Below, one piece after another: positions 1 to 12,760 of a stretch of 64,000 nt of DNA (position 1 is its first letter; each line of letters starts with the position of its first letter). The notes under the pieces are model-generated. The model was given only the letters and a program-made list of their open reading frames with translations. It searched no databases and was not told where the DNA came from. This DNA is from Moniliella sp. 'wahieum'. Lineage: Eukaryota. The stretch spans positions 310,001 through 374,000 of the forward strand of contig RSEE01000005.1 in NCBI GenBank assembly GCA_003971905.1, in the 5' to 3' direction. A program made the position numbers and the translations under genes.

Positions 1-873
1 CAAGCCTCGGTGGGAAAGGCGCCGAGCGCACATCGATCGCTGACACCGTGCTCGTGTCCCAACCGGGTGGCCAAAGAGAAGGAAGGGGAAGACCCCATAC
101 TGTTCCCAACAACCCCACTCCATCGTCGCTGCAGCCATGGATGGAGAGAGAGGGCCGGATGCCCCAGAAACAGCCCACAAAAAGGACCAGCGTCTACGTA
201 GGGCCAGCCGCCAGGACCAGAGGAGGGACTCAACGATCGAGTCAATGAGCAAAGGGATGGCTTGGTGGGGGTGTTTAGCTGTTATCAAGCTGATGCAATG
301 AACGGGAGGTGAGGGGCGGGGAGGCGAAGCACTTGGCTCCCATTTGGACGGTATGCTGACCGTGAGGTTCACAGATGGGAGGGCCTTCTGATGAGAGCGC
401 GTGGATCGTCCATCAAGGCATTGGCGGTGGCGAGGGAGCCCAGGGCGGGCTCCGAACCCAAAGAGGCGCCTGAGGGACGGAGAGGATGCTCGCTGAGACC
501 CCCGGAGCACGGGACTATACTATACCGCATCTGACAAGAGAGAACGGAAGGCATTCAAGTTGAGCACAGAGGTGGTTCCGACGAGGGCGCGGAATGATTG
601 GGCGCCAAGCGCACTGGCAGGTGGCGTGGAGGGGGGGGGCGATCCCAATAAGGGCTGGGCCCCTAGGCCCACGCTGTCTTGGGCCAGGAGGGTGTTGAGA
701 AGGCGACGGTACGTGCTTTTGTACGTGGAGCTGCCAACAATAAACAGGATCAGTTCGTGAGACGCAGAACGGTGCCCAGTTGGGGCACGCGGGGGTAGGG
801 GTAGAGCAGAGGTACTACAGAAGCGTGGTAGGGCGTGCAACCGTCGGCCTCGGCGAGGGAGGCAGCAGCCCAT
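1..873 (-). CDS. hypothetical protein, runs off the window start, frameshifted
   Basis: Coding-like minus-strand segments (HELILFIVGSSTYKSTYRRLLNTLL...; LATANALMDDPRALIRRP) divergent from glycogenin. No family recognised; start uncertain. Confidence 0.35.
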
Positions 874-1156
874 ACAGGGCACGCGTCGATAGAGACAGGC
901 CACGTGACCGGCGTGACCCCCCAGAGGCAGTGCCAGATAGCCGGGTGGGCTGTCTGTTGCGGGGCAAAACACCCATCCTGGGGGGTTGGGTAGTATTGGG
1001 TGGCGGGCATGCTTGCTACTGGCTGCGGGAATCATCATCTGTTCTCCGCGCCTTCATCATCCCCCAGGGGTCACCGTCGATTGGTGGGCAAGCACGCTCT
1101 CATGCCACCACCATCTCCCCCCTCCCGCCCCCTGCCGTGCCCCCGACACCCCGCTG

Positions 1157-2942
1157 ATGGCTGTGTCCCGCACAGCCGACGTGGCGTTCGTGACGCTCGT
1201 CACCTCCGACGCCTATGCCCCCGGCGCCCTTACCCTCGCCCATGCTCTCCGCTCCCGTGGCCACTCTCCCTTTGACCTTGCCGTCCTCGCCACTCCGGCA
1301 ACCTTACAACCTGCAACCCACACGCGCGCTCCGAGCTGCGTTCGACCTCGTGGTAGGCGTCGAGCCCCTCAGCTTGCGTTCCCTGTCGGCCCTGGCTGTT
1401 ACTCAATCGGACCGTGCAGCGCGTCTGGCGGCCGAAGAGGCGCGCAACCTCGCCGCCCTCGATCGGCCAGACCTCGGCGACGCCGGCGCACCCTTGACCA
1501 AAGTCCACGCCTGGCGCTTGACCATGTACAAGCAAGTCGTTACATTGATGCTGATATCTTACCGCTTCGCTCGCTTGACCATCTCCTTTCCCTACCTTTG
1601 ACTCCGGCTACCGTTGCTGCTGCGCCCGATACCGGCTGGCCTGATTCGTTCAACTCAGGCCTGATGGTATTTCGTCCGTCAGAAAAGACGTTTGCAGCGA
1701 TTGCGGCGTATGCGTTTAGCCACCCATCGTGGACGGGGCCGACCAAGGATTGCTCAACGATTTGTGGAGGACGAGGGCAAATGGGAACGACTGAGCTTCC
1801 TGTACAATGTTACCCCCACCTCTGGCTATACCTATTCGCCGGCCTGGAATCGATTCAGTCACGAGGTGTATGCAGTTCATTTTATCGGCTCGCACAAACC
1901 CTGGTTTGATCTGCCTCCCTTCGAGCCGCACAGGCAAGCGAACCTCTCTCTCCCACTTCGGCTCCGCTGGCAGGCGACTTTTCCACGCTGGCTTATACCT
2001 GGTGGCAGACTTACGTTGCTGCACACCCCGATCCTGATCCCTTGGCCTTGGGCCTTGCTTCTATTTCTGCCCGGGCCCTTGGAGCGCAGAAAAGCAAACG
2101 AACAATCCTGCGCTGGAGAATTACTTTTCTCTCCCTCTACCGGGCAAGAAAACGCTTTTGCCAGCCCACCTTACCCAGCCCGAGGCGCTTCCTTGCAGGC
2201 GGAGGTGCCCAAACCTTCTATTGAAGCCCACACGGCGCCCTGGCATGTCCCTATCCACGCTCCACCTTCTCGTCGCATTCAAGCACCCCGTGAATTGGCC
2301 CAGCACAAGCTCAGTAATGCTTGGGATAACTTTAATCGCGACCGGGACCAGGTCGAGGCGCAAGCACGGCATCGGGCCCAACTGGAAATTCAACACCGCG
2401 TACGCCAATTGGACATGCTGGAGCACATAGCCATCACTCAAGGCGACCAATGGCGGTTCTATCTTTCTCCTCCGGATGAAAAGGCCATCCGAGCCAAGGG
2501 GAAAATGCCCCTGTCGTCGGTAAGAGATGGGGCTCAGCCACCCAAGGCAACCCGATTTTTCCCGGAAGATCGATTGTTCGCCGAGCCCGAGCCCGAACCA
2601 GAGCCCGAGCCCATCTCTCTCCTCCCTGCGCCATCGGCACACTGCGCCTGCACCGCCCTCGGGAATACCCAGCAGATGAGGTATACAAATGCGTGGGATG
2701 CCATCCCGGCCATTGTTTCGCTCGGGGGGCAACACAAGGTGCGCAGGCACGGCGACAGCAAACGTTCTTCCTTGCGCGCCGCCATCCGTGCCCGCGTGGC
2801 CGAGGCCAACCGGTCAGATGCACAGGAACGAGCGCGGGCGCATGCCCATGCCACCGGTCCTCCTACCAGGGAGGCCACCTCTGGCCCTTCTTCTATCATC
2901 TCTTCCGTCCCGTCTCTGCCGGGGCAGGTGTCCCCCCCGTAA
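1157..2942 (+). CDS. GLG1: glycogenin-like glycosyltransferase family 8
   Basis: AFVTLVTSDAYAPGALTLAHALR, LTKVHAWRLT, YIDADILPL (DxD), APDTGWPDSFNSG, VHFIGSHKPW and C-terminal NAWD motifs, spread over several frames. Confidence 0.9.
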
Positions 2943-3249
2943 CCAGGCTTGTTGGGTTCGCTTCGCTGCTCTTTTGGCGTTTCAACAGGCCTGCTTGGGG
3001 GGCCTGGTGCTCCATGTGAAACAATAACGTCACTTCGTATATTTCTTTCCGTTGTCCTAAGTTTTTATCCTGCTACGCATGCCAATCGTTCTGTTCACCG
3101 GCTCCCCCCTCTCATGTACCTCGCTCACGCGCATGACCACGGTCACCGATGCATACCCTACTACAGTGTCCATATGAGTCATGCCCGACAACCACGTCGG
3201 GCTCATCTGGGGAAGAAAGTTCTGGGGAGAAGGATGCAATAGAGACAGC

Positions 3250-4100
3250 CTAGAATCCGCGCTTGCGGAGCCAGCGCTTGACTTCGCCCACCCGGTTGCC
3301 CCGAATCAAGATGCGACCAGAGCGCTCCTTGATCACATCGGGGTGCACCTGGCTCGCAATCCACTTGGGCACATCCAGTTGCGGCTTGCTGCCATACGCC
3401 TTTTTGCCGGCATTGCCGCGGTTTTGCAACCCCAAACCCAGGTAACCGTACACGGCCGTTGTCAGCGGCGGCACGGGAATGCCGAAGTGCTTGGCGCGCA
3501 ACAGTTGGCCCGGAGTTGGGCCAGCGGCAATTTCTTCCTTCAAACTGGGCAGGGTGGCCCTCAGGTCACGTTCCATGGCCTGCCAGGACACGCACGGGAC
3601 AAAGTGAATTCAAGTTAGGAGGGAGGCACCCAGTGGGCCAACAGGAGAACCCAACGTACCTCGACTCACCGTAGATGTGCTTGATCTCGGTTTGAACACG
3701 CGAGCGAATCTTCTGGTACTTGACGTACAACCGGAAGCTCGCGTGACCGCTGGGTAGCAGGTGGAGGTCCAACTGACGGGAACGGTGGACGCCATAGGGC
3801 AACTCTTCTTCGGCTGCGCCTTGGCCGCACCCTGGGCCTTGCCCGTGCTAGCAGGGACATTCACAATCTCCTCGGCCACCAGGTCCTCAAATGCGATAGG
3901 CTCAGACATGTGCCGCGGCACCTTTTCGTGCCGCCATGACTTGCGCGGCGTCTGGTTGGTTTGGGGCTGATGCGGCGGCCGCGCTTGGGCGGAGGACACC
4001 CTGGATGTGGTCGATGGTGATGTACCGCACTCCCGACGGCACGCACGGCACACACGTTTGCCGCGCGCACAGCGGCACGGGTGGTCGTTGGCAGCAGCAT
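3250..4100 (-). CDS. IMG2: mitochondrial ribosomal protein mL49 (Img2 family)
   Basis: Presequence-like N-terminus MLLPTTTRAAVRAA; YGVHRSR...LYVKY...TEIKHIYG; intron ~3580-3668; C-terminus GRILIRGNRVGEVKRWLRKRGF. Confidence 0.8.
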
Positions 4101-4311
4101 GGATCAATGCTACCCTCGGCCGCGAGGCACAGTCGTCGTGGGCGGGGGGTTGGTGTGGTGGGCAAACTGGCCAGCCCCGACTTGGCCAACAGCAAGAAGA
4201 TGCAGCGCGCGGAATGGGGAGAAGGCGATTCCGCCCTGCAGGAAAGGGGGAGGGCGGGGTGAAATGTTGCAAGGCGGGCTGGATTTGCTGTGGATTGCTA
4301 GTTGCTGCTAT

Positions 4312-4339
4312 TCATCGATCATCGATCATCGATCATTAA
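4312..4339. repeat. 7-bp period array TCA-TCGA x3 followed by TCA-TTAA
   Basis: tcatcgatcatcgatcatcgatcattaa in the divergent IMG2/SYM1 promoter. Confidence 0.9.
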
Positions 4340-4713
4340 CATTGTGCATCCGCCGCTTTGCCGCATTCTGGTACGCCAGTTGTGTGTGCCCCGTCGAGTT
4401 CCGCGAACCTCCCCAGTCTGGTGTGTTTTGCCACTATGGGAGCCGTGTGTGAGCGGGGTAGGGGGGGGGGTATGCGTACCACATCTAAAGACAGATGCAT
4501 GGGAGCGTGGAGCGTCGCGTAGCGTGGCATTGTGTTGAGGACATTGTATACCGCCGCCGCACCTCCTCTGAGGAACCCCAGGCACAAGCAGCACTCCTGC
4601 CCCACTAGGGTTGGGCCGATCAGTGCGGAGGGTTGGGCTTTTGCTCCACCTTGCTGCTCGGTCGCAGCCCCACCAGCACCACCTGTTGGCCGACGCCCTT
4701 TCAGCGCCAGGCG

Positions 4714-5400
4714 ATGCAGGCGCTCTCCGACGCCCTCACCGCCTCCAGCGCCACCTTTCCTCGGCGCCTCGTCAGCACTGGTGTGCTGTACGGCGCAAGC
4801 GACCTGCTCGCCCAAGCCCTCGTCCGCTCCCCGCCGCCTCCCTCCCATGTCCACGCGCCGACGCGTGTGTCCCGCTGCTGCGCACGCTGGGACGCAGCCC
4901 GCACGCTACGCCTGACGCTCTTTGGCACCCTCATCTTTTGCCCCATCAGCAGTGTGTGGCTCGGCACCGTTCTCGAGCTCGTGCCGCTGCCTGCCGGCGT
5001 GGGGGCGACGGTGGCCAAGGTGGCGCTGGACCAGTTCTTGATGAACCCCGTACTATTGGTGGTGTTTTTGGGGTACATGGGGTTCTTTGCGCCCCTCCCC
5101 CCCCGATGGGGTGAGGGTATGAGCAGTTGGACCTCCTCGGCGCTGCGGGCCCGCACGGCCGCGGCCCACGCCAAAGTCCTGACTGAATTCCGCTCCATCC
5201 TTACCCAATCGTGGCTCGTCTGGATCCCCGTTCAATCCATCACAATGGGCTTCATTGCGCCGGCCAACCGCTTGGTGTTTATTTCCCTCGTCTCGCTATT
5301 TTGGAACGCTCTCCTCAGTGTTCTTACCTCCCGTCCTCCCGCTCCCGCGCCCGAGCCGGAAGAGGATACCCTGCCTCTGACCCAGATCAATGTCGAATGA
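4714..5400 (+). CDS. SYM1: Mpv17/PMP22 family membrane protein (Sym1-like)
   Basis: VSTGVLYGASDLLAQ, WDAARTLR, KVALDQFLMNP, SWLVWIPVQSITMGFIAPANRLVFISLVSLFWNALLS. Confidence 0.85.
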   Translation: MQALSDALTASSATFPRRLVSTGVLYGASDLLAQALVRSPPPPSHVHAPTRVSRCCARWDAARTLRLTLFGTLIFCPISSVWLGTVLELVPLPAGVGATVAKVALDQFLMNPVLLVVFLGYMGFFAPLPPRWGEGMSSWTSSALRARTAAAHAKVLTEFRSILTQSWLVWIPVQSITMGFIAPANRLVFISLVSLFWNALLSVLTSRPPAPAPEPEEDTLPLTQINVE

Positions 5401-6122
5401 TCTGATCTGTCTGGGGCCCCCAGGTGCCACGATCGGCTGTCCGTCGCTCCCGATATGCTGCCGGGGCTTGCCCACAAGCAGGAATGGACAATGTATGTTG
5501 TACCTACTGAAACTTATCGCGGAGGCTGGAGGGCGTGAAAGGACAAAGTACCCTCAAAAACAGTAGCACTCCCCTGTGGAGGCCACCATGAGAGAAGCGA
5601 GTCTCTATATCTTTACAGTATAATATAGGCAAAAGAAAGCCAATGGAAACACAAGCAATTGTGTTACCAATAAGGAAGCAATAGGATGGAACAGAAACTA
5701 CGAGGACAAAGGTTAATACTATGAACAAGCCAACACAAAAACGTACAACACGGCATATCTTCTGTGTACTAGTCACCGCCCAGACCGATATAGACATTGG
5801 GCGCATGCTGGGCATCGCTCGCACTGTGTAATACAGGACACCACAAAAGATGGAGTTAGCTCTTACGGCAGTCATGTCCCACAGTAGCCATATATCCCAA
5901 GACATTTTAAGTGTAGATGCAGGAGAGGAGTGAACGCAGAAAGGGTTTGCCCCGATTCGTCATCTGAGAAGAAGAGCAATCCTCATCCCCGCCCTGGAGT
6001 TGGGCCAGGACATCTTCACGATTGTGCTCGGCCAGCGAGGCAGTAAGGTGTTCGTCTGACATCAACCGTGTTACTGTCGGTTGTGGATCTTAGCTCCATG
6101 GCCTTGAGACGGCACTCGCTGA

Positions 6123-6173
6123 CCTGCAATAACGCGCAGCACATCCTGGCCTGCAATAACGCGCAGCACATCC
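6123..6173. repeat. direct tandem duplication, 24-bp unit with 27-bp period
   Basis: cctgcaataacgcgcagcacatcc at 6123 and 6150. Confidence 0.85.
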
Positions 6174-6540
6174 AGCGTTCGGACCCTGGCTCTGGCCGCC
6201 GGGGAGCGCACGTACCAGTGCACCAAGGGGGCTTCCTCCATCTAGGACGCCCCCATCGCTGCCAGCTTGCGAGTTGCTATGCTGTTGCTGGCACAATGGC
6301 ATGTGCATTGAATATTGACGACACACAAAATGTCCTAATGCGGACTCCGTACTCACATGTCAGCAACGCTCCTCCCTCTACAGGGCGATCTCAGAGCTTC
6401 TGTCAAAGCTCGTAACGCGTGGGTGAACAGTATCTCACGATCTCATCCTGCATCATGCACAGCATGTACCAGACGTACGTGTATAGGGGGTGTGCCAGCG
6501 GTGAGGTAGGGTTTCGGAAGTTGATATGCTCAGTCTGGGC

Positions 6541-6632
6541 CTGAGCGCCAGAGTGCGTGAACGGCTGAGGCTGAGCGCTCAGCCTGAGCGCTCACAGCCC
6601 CCCGGCCCCCTGCTCAGCTTGAGCGCTTAGCC
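6541..6632. repeat. TGA-GCGC-TCA / CTGAGC palindromic cluster
   Basis: ggctgaggctgagcgctcagcctgagcgctca; the same motif type occurs at 14712-14755, 27900-27930 and 59862-59935. Confidence 0.8.
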
Positions 6633-7889
6633 GATCTATCCCGCCGGCATCCGCTGGCGTCCCACACGAGCATGCGAGCAACTCGATGTCTGTGGCGATG
6701 ATAAATGGTACCTTGTTGGAACCATGGACAATCCTTTTGGACATCGACCAAGGGTGTGGCATCTGTGACAGGCTGGCCCCAAACAAACCTTTTCGTGTTG
6801 GACCTTTTCGTGTTGGACGGGGTGGCCTAGGGTGGCCCCCGGGGGGGGAGTTACCCGGTTGCGCGCGAAGAAAAAAAATATGGCAGAGCGGGCGGAGGCG
6901 CTGGAAGCTGGGAAGGGCCAAACGAGATGTCAGCATGTCAGGCCCATCAGGCAGGAATATCAGGATCTGCAATGATATCCCAGTGGTATCCCTAGTGACG
7001 CATTGCGTGAAAACGACAGTGCTGAGTAAGGAACTCAGTGTTGGTTCAGACATTTGAGAGAAGGTGGCCGATGATGTTATCCCTGAAAAGATCGAAGAGG
7101 CAGATCCTGGCAGATCCGGTTTCAAATTTCAGGGAGAGTCCAGGAGAGCTCAGCCGAGGCTCAGCGCCTCAAGCGGCAGAGAAGAAACAAGACGAGCTTT
7201 GGGAAGTGGGATGATTTCGATGGACAAGCGACATTTCCTCTGCTGAGCGCGCTGAGTGCGAACTAGTGCTGACTAGGTGGTTGATGGCGTGGTAGGGTTT
7301 GGTCCAGTGCATGTCCTTTGGTCTTGACGTCCTCCGCAAGCCCCATGGAGGAGAGATGGAGCCAGTGTGGGGCCGTTTGTGGGACGTCCGACGGTGCAAA
7401 GGCGCGTCGGCGCGCCCGACGCGTAACCCTGGCGCCCCCCAGTGTCGGACGCCAGGGCACCCCAACAAACGCCCCGCGCAGGGGCAGTGCGTTTGGCTGC
7501 AACTGGCGTGCGGCTGGGAGGATCAGCTGCGCCCTGGTGCCTGCTCAGCATGCCCAGGCACCCTGGCAGTGTGTTTTCACGCTCGGCCACGGGGCTTGCG
7601 TCTCGGGGCAAAGCAGGCTCGGCGCAGTGTCCAGCCACTGCTACGTAACTCTCGGCTGCTGGTCGGGGGGACGGGCCCGCACGGCGGCGGTGTTGTGATA
7701 AGACTGGGCCAGACCAGGCAGACTAGGCCAGACTGCCCGTAGCAGCAGCAGGCAGCCGCCGTCGGCAGCCACGCCATCTTCTTCTCCCCCACACCTTCTC
7801 TCTCCAGTCTCCTCTCTCTCCACGTGCCCGCCCCTCCTCCCCCTCCTCCCCCTCCCTTCTCTCCCTGATCCTGCAGCTCCCGCCACTCT

Positions 7890-9720
7890 ATGGCCAACCA
7901 CCTCTCTCCCGAGCCCACCGCCGTGGCCGGCGAGGCCAAGACCCCCATCTCCGATATCGATATCACCGGCGTCCAGCCCCTCTCTTCCGCCTCTGGGTTC
8001 GACGAGAAGCATGCCGATGAGCCCGTGTTTGAGTCGCGCAACCATGAAAGCTCCGCATCCGACGTTCTCGCCCTTCTAACCCAGGGCGACACCGAAAGTC
8101 AGTTTTCGCTTCTGGAGAACAAATTTGTCCTTGCCTGCGCCTTTTTTGCCTCCCTCTCCGGTTTCCTCTTTGGTGTCGACCAGGGTATCATGAGCGTCAC
8201 TCTCACCATGGACCACTTCCTCGCTCAGTTCCCCAAGGTCGCTCCTGGCCACCACAGTGCCGGTCTTTACAAGGGCATCGTCACTGCTCTCCTCGAGCTG
8301 GGCGCCGTCATTGGCGCGATCATCGCGGGGTATGTGGCGGACAAGCTAGGCCGTCGGCGTTCCATCCAACAAGGTGTCGTCTGGTTCACCATTGGCGCCA
8401 TTCTCCAATGCAGCTCGTACGATTATGCCCAGTTTGTTGTCGGTCGCTTCATTGGTGGCATCGGAATTGGTGTTCTGTCCATGACTGCACCTCTCTATAT
8501 GGCCGAGATTGCTCCCACGTCGATCCGCGGCTTTGTGTTGGCTTCGGAAGAGTTCTCAATTGTGGGTGGCATTGTGGTGGCGTACTGGTTCACCTTCGGC
8601 ACGCGCTACATTGATTCCGACTGGTCTTTCCGCTTGCCACTGTTGGTGCAGATGGTTCCGGGCATTCTGCTCATGGGGCTCAGCTTCCTCCTACCTGACT
8701 CGCCCCGTGGTGGGTCCAAAAGGGTGGGCCCGAGGCGCACCACCAAGCTCTGCTGATCGTGGCCAAGCTGCGCAACCGGAGTACCGAGGATATCCGCGTC
8801 CGTGCCGAACTGCTCGAAATTATTGCCCAGGTCGAGCTGCAACAACAACCAGTCGCGAACGGCACCCGAACCTCCACAAGCCCAACGTACGTTACCGTCA
8901 GCTGAAAATGGAAGTGGCTGCCTGGATCGACTGTTTCCGGCCTGGGTGCGCCAAGCGCACGTGGATTGGTATCACCATCATGTTCTTCCAACAGATGATT
9001 GGTATCAACAGTCTGATTTACTATGCTCCTTCGCTGTTTCAGCAATTGGGATTGGCTTACAATCTTCAGCTGGAGCTGAGTGGTGTGACCAACATTGCCC
9101 AGTGGGTCGGCGTCATCATCTCTCTCTTCTTGATGGACCATGTGGGCCGCAAACCGCTGTTGCTGTGGGGGTCGGCTTGGACGACCGCTTCGCTTTGATT
9201 GTGGCCGTGTTGACGGGGCTTTACCAGCACAGCTGGCCTGAGCACCGCGCGGCCGGCTGGGCTGGTGTCGCAATGCTGATTGTGTATGGTCATGTACGGC
9301 GTGTCGTGGGGCCCGATTGGGTGGGCCATGCCCAGCGAACTGTTCCCTCAGTCGCTTCGGTCCAAGGGTGTGGCCTACGCGGTGATCAGCAATTGGTGGT
9401 GGAACTGGGTCGTGGGGATCATCACCCCCGAGTTGGTCAACAAGACGGGGTATGGCGCGTTTGTCTTTTATGCCTGTTTCGCCGCCGTCTCCATCCCTTG
9501 GATCATCTTCTGCCTCCCAGAAACCAAGGGGGTCCGGCTGGAGGATATGGATCGTGTCTTCAACGACCGAACGGGACAAGAAGATCGTGCGAAGCTCGCC
9601 GCCATCCACCGCCGTCTGGCCACCGAGGCGTGCCGACCAAAGGGAGAGGTTCCCTCGGACGAACCATTGAGCACCACCTTTGCCGAGTCGCAATGGAAGA
9701 GTCAGACGAGCGAGAACTAA
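7890..9720 (+). CDS. MFS sugar porter (hexose/polyol transporter family)
   Basis: GFLFGVDQG, ADKLGRRRSI, GRFIGGIGIG, PLYMAEIAPTSIRG, FQQMIGINSLIYYAP, MDHVGRKPLL, WAMPSELFP, LPETKGVRLEDMD; several frameshifts between 8700 and 9290. Confidence 0.95.
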
Positions 9721-10859
9721 GGGAGCCGCATTCTTCTTTACGCCTCTGCCTTGACCGCCCATATCACACTGCCTTGCAATCCTTTCACCTTCTTTCTCAT
9801 GGGCCACTGCCTCTTTGATAGCCATATTGGGCGGTGTCACGCTCCCGTTTTTGTGACATCGCCTTACTGGAATGGCCTCGCTATCCTGGGGTTGATGTAC
9901 TGTCACTTGCACCTCTGTGCCAGAGGCCCTACATTCTCTTCCAAAAGTGTCTCCGCCCCCAACCCTTCGTTTTTCCTCCCACTGATCCAAGCCGCACAGG
10001 CGAAGATCATTGGCCTCGTGAAGAGTTCCCAGCATCATATCTACTTGCATACCCCGTTGTAAGTTCTTTTGTTATGCCCCTCAATTCCTTGCACGCCCAG
10101 CTGTTGAGGTAGGCTACTGGGTGGACCGTGCCCCTCCCCCCGCCCTCGATTTCCTAGATGGCTTGCGTCTTCCATCCCCATCCGCCCCGACGTTGCTCAC
10201 GCCTCTCATGTCCACACGCCCCCCAGTGCGGCCCAGGTCGTCTTCCTCACGCCCGCTAGCCAAAAGAATCAGCATCTTGCATTTGCCACCGTGACACAGT
10301 TGCCCTGGGCTTCCTGGAGCACCTCAGGTGCCAAGACAAGTGAGAATGGTAGCAGTTTTGTTGGATGCCGCTGGTCTGATACTGGCAGAACCCTCCCCCG
10401 GCATCTCTGTCGCATTGCTGGCCTGAGCTTCGCTCTTCAGAGGTGGCACAGGATTGGTACCTGCCTGAGGCCTGGTCTCGCCACACCGCCAGAATCCCGT
10501 CTTGTTCGCTGCATCCTCCCGCAACGTCTCGGCCAGGACTGGAGCCATGAACGCTCAGCCGACGGTACTAAAGCGCCGCCGTCGGCGTCTATAACCTTGG
10601 CAGAGTAGCCGCCCATCCCTACGTTGCGCTTCGTGCGTGGCTGGCTGGCGATAAAGCACGTTCCCGGCTCACATCGGCCCTGGTCACGCTGCGAGATGTC
10701 TATGCCGAGCTTTGTGAGGGGTTCGGATTCTCCAGGTGTCTGTACACTGTGCACGCTCTAGTCACTGTGGTCTGCCGTATTATAGGGGCAAATGGGGAAC
10801 AGGCGCGTCCATAGCAAAGAACAGGTAGAACAGAGGAATTGGAAAGGCAAAGGGATTTA

Positions 10860-12075
10860 CTAGACTGTGTTAGGTGGCGGAGTGGGTTTCGTCTTGGGTC
10901 CTGCCTCCTCCACCGCGCCGTGGGGAGGAGGCGACGGGGTAGCAGTGTCGTGGAGCAAAGGCTGCCGCTCTGGATCGTCGATGCAAGCTTCGCATGACCA
11001 GTGGGTGACGGTGTGAGCATGGCCCCCGGAGGAACAGGCGGAGAAGGTGCCGTGCCGCGCGCGGGGCCACAAGCGCCACGAACCAAGTCGCCTCCAACGA
11101 AGCTACCTGCAATGCACGTGAGGATGATGATGATCGCACCGATCAGAGAAAACGAAACGCTCGGGGACGTTCGGCTTCGAGCGGAGCGCGCCGCACGTCC
11201 TGCGCCCGCAGGGGTGGAGGGTTGCCGGGATCAAAGGCGGGATGGGGCGGCCGTTGATGGAACGTGCCTTGTCGGGGTCGTAGCGGGACTTGAGGATGTT
11301 AATGTAGATGGTGGTGGCCGTCGTAGCATAGGCAACATCTTGTGTTGCAAACACCCAGATGCCAGCGACGATGGCCGGTCCGAGTGCCAGCGCATTCGCC
11401 AGGTTCGTCCCAGCTTCCAGCGCCTTGTTGCCCGACAAGGCGTCGTGGCCCGTGGCAATGAGCGTCAGGGCAGGGGCCAAGCGTGCGCATGCACGGCGAG
11501 CAGCACCCGCAAGGGAAGGTGCACACATGCCCATTCCACCGGGTGAGCAGCAAAGAAGGGCCGAAGCGGGGCATGCGTGGCGCCGCCCGTACCCGAGTGG
11601 GCATGGATAAAGTACGTCCGCACCACGCCCACCAGCAGCAACACGGCTGACACCCACGACACGCTTGCCGCAAACGCAAGCACACCTTGGCTCGCATGGT
11701 TCGGCCCCGCCACGCCCAACGACCACGAAAGCGAGCGGCACCAACCGACGCATAGCCCAACGCGGGCATCAGTCCAATCGCACGCGCCACCTCCTCGCGC
11801 GCCCGGCCCGAGCGGACAGAGCCCGCGGTGGCCAAGGCAAACAGGCTGAAAAAGAGCGCAGTGGACAGCAGGCTAATGCCAAGCCCGATGATGCCCCACT
11901 CGGACGGGGAGAGGTAGGTCCAATGGCGGGCCAGGCGCACATCGGCACTAGGTCGCACCAGTAGAGCGCCGCATAGCACCGCCACCACCGTGCCCAGCAC
12001 CGACATGGGCGTGAGGACGAGGACTTGAACAAGCGGGCGCAGGAGCGCCTCGGAGGTGGTGGAGTGGGACGGCAT
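10860..12075 (-). CDS. hypothetical multi-pass membrane protein
   Basis: MPSHSTTSEALLRPLVQVLVLTPMSVLGTVVAV..., WGIIGLGISLLSTALFFSLF and ALGPAIVAGIWVFATQD hydrophobic segments in successive frames; 3' end uncertain. Confidence 0.55.
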
Positions 12076-12760
12076 GGTGGCCGACCAGTGGGCGGACTCA
12101 GCGTCGATGGGGGTGGTGGGAGCGTGTGGGGAGGGCTCGATGGAGCGGCGTCGCGCAGGTGGAGGATGGGTCGCTAGGGGGGGGGCCGTACTGGTGCTCC
12201 GACTGAGTCCCAGTGTGGCCGTGGTTGATTGAACCGCGGCGCTCCTCGCGGGCACGCAGAAATCTGATTGACGTCATTGAGCGTCGTCGGAGCATCAACT
12301 CCCTGAGGCTGTGGCCTGGGGGCTCATTGACCGCATCGACCTCATCGGCCTCATCCATCGTCGATCATCGATCATCCCTATCGACCACTTCCACGTCCTT
12401 CCGGACGATCGGAACAATGCATCAGACTTTACAGACGGCACGCAGGCAGCCTCACCTCCCGCTGGCGAGGGCGCTCTCGTATAGGAAGGACAAGGCAGCG
12501 AGCGCACAGGGATGCGATGGGCGCACAGGCCACCGGACGCAGCGCCCACACTACTCGCTTTGGTTCGCATGGCCCGAACCCAAGCGGCTGGCTGGTGGTG
12601 GTGCCCAACGGCAGTCCCGATCGCGTGGAGTAAATTACCTAATCCACCCCGAACGCGGCAGAAGCCCTGTCGAAACAGCCGACCGGGCCCACCGCACCCG
12701 CAAACAACGAGTGGGGCAGCGAACGCGAGATTGCCACAGTACTGCCCACCATCTGCTGCC

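Noticed and set aside
2581..2612. EPEPEPEPEP repeat, and similar acidic or His runs in HSP104 and ZRC1
   Set aside because: These are ordinary low-complexity coding tracts.
5504..5905. 133-aa hydrophobic minus-strand ORF
   Set aside because: The hydrophobicity follows from the T-rich strand composition, and there is no recognisable family or codon signal.
8680..10050. 456-aa minus-strand ORF
   Set aside because: It is the antisense shadow of the sugar porter in GC-rich DNA.
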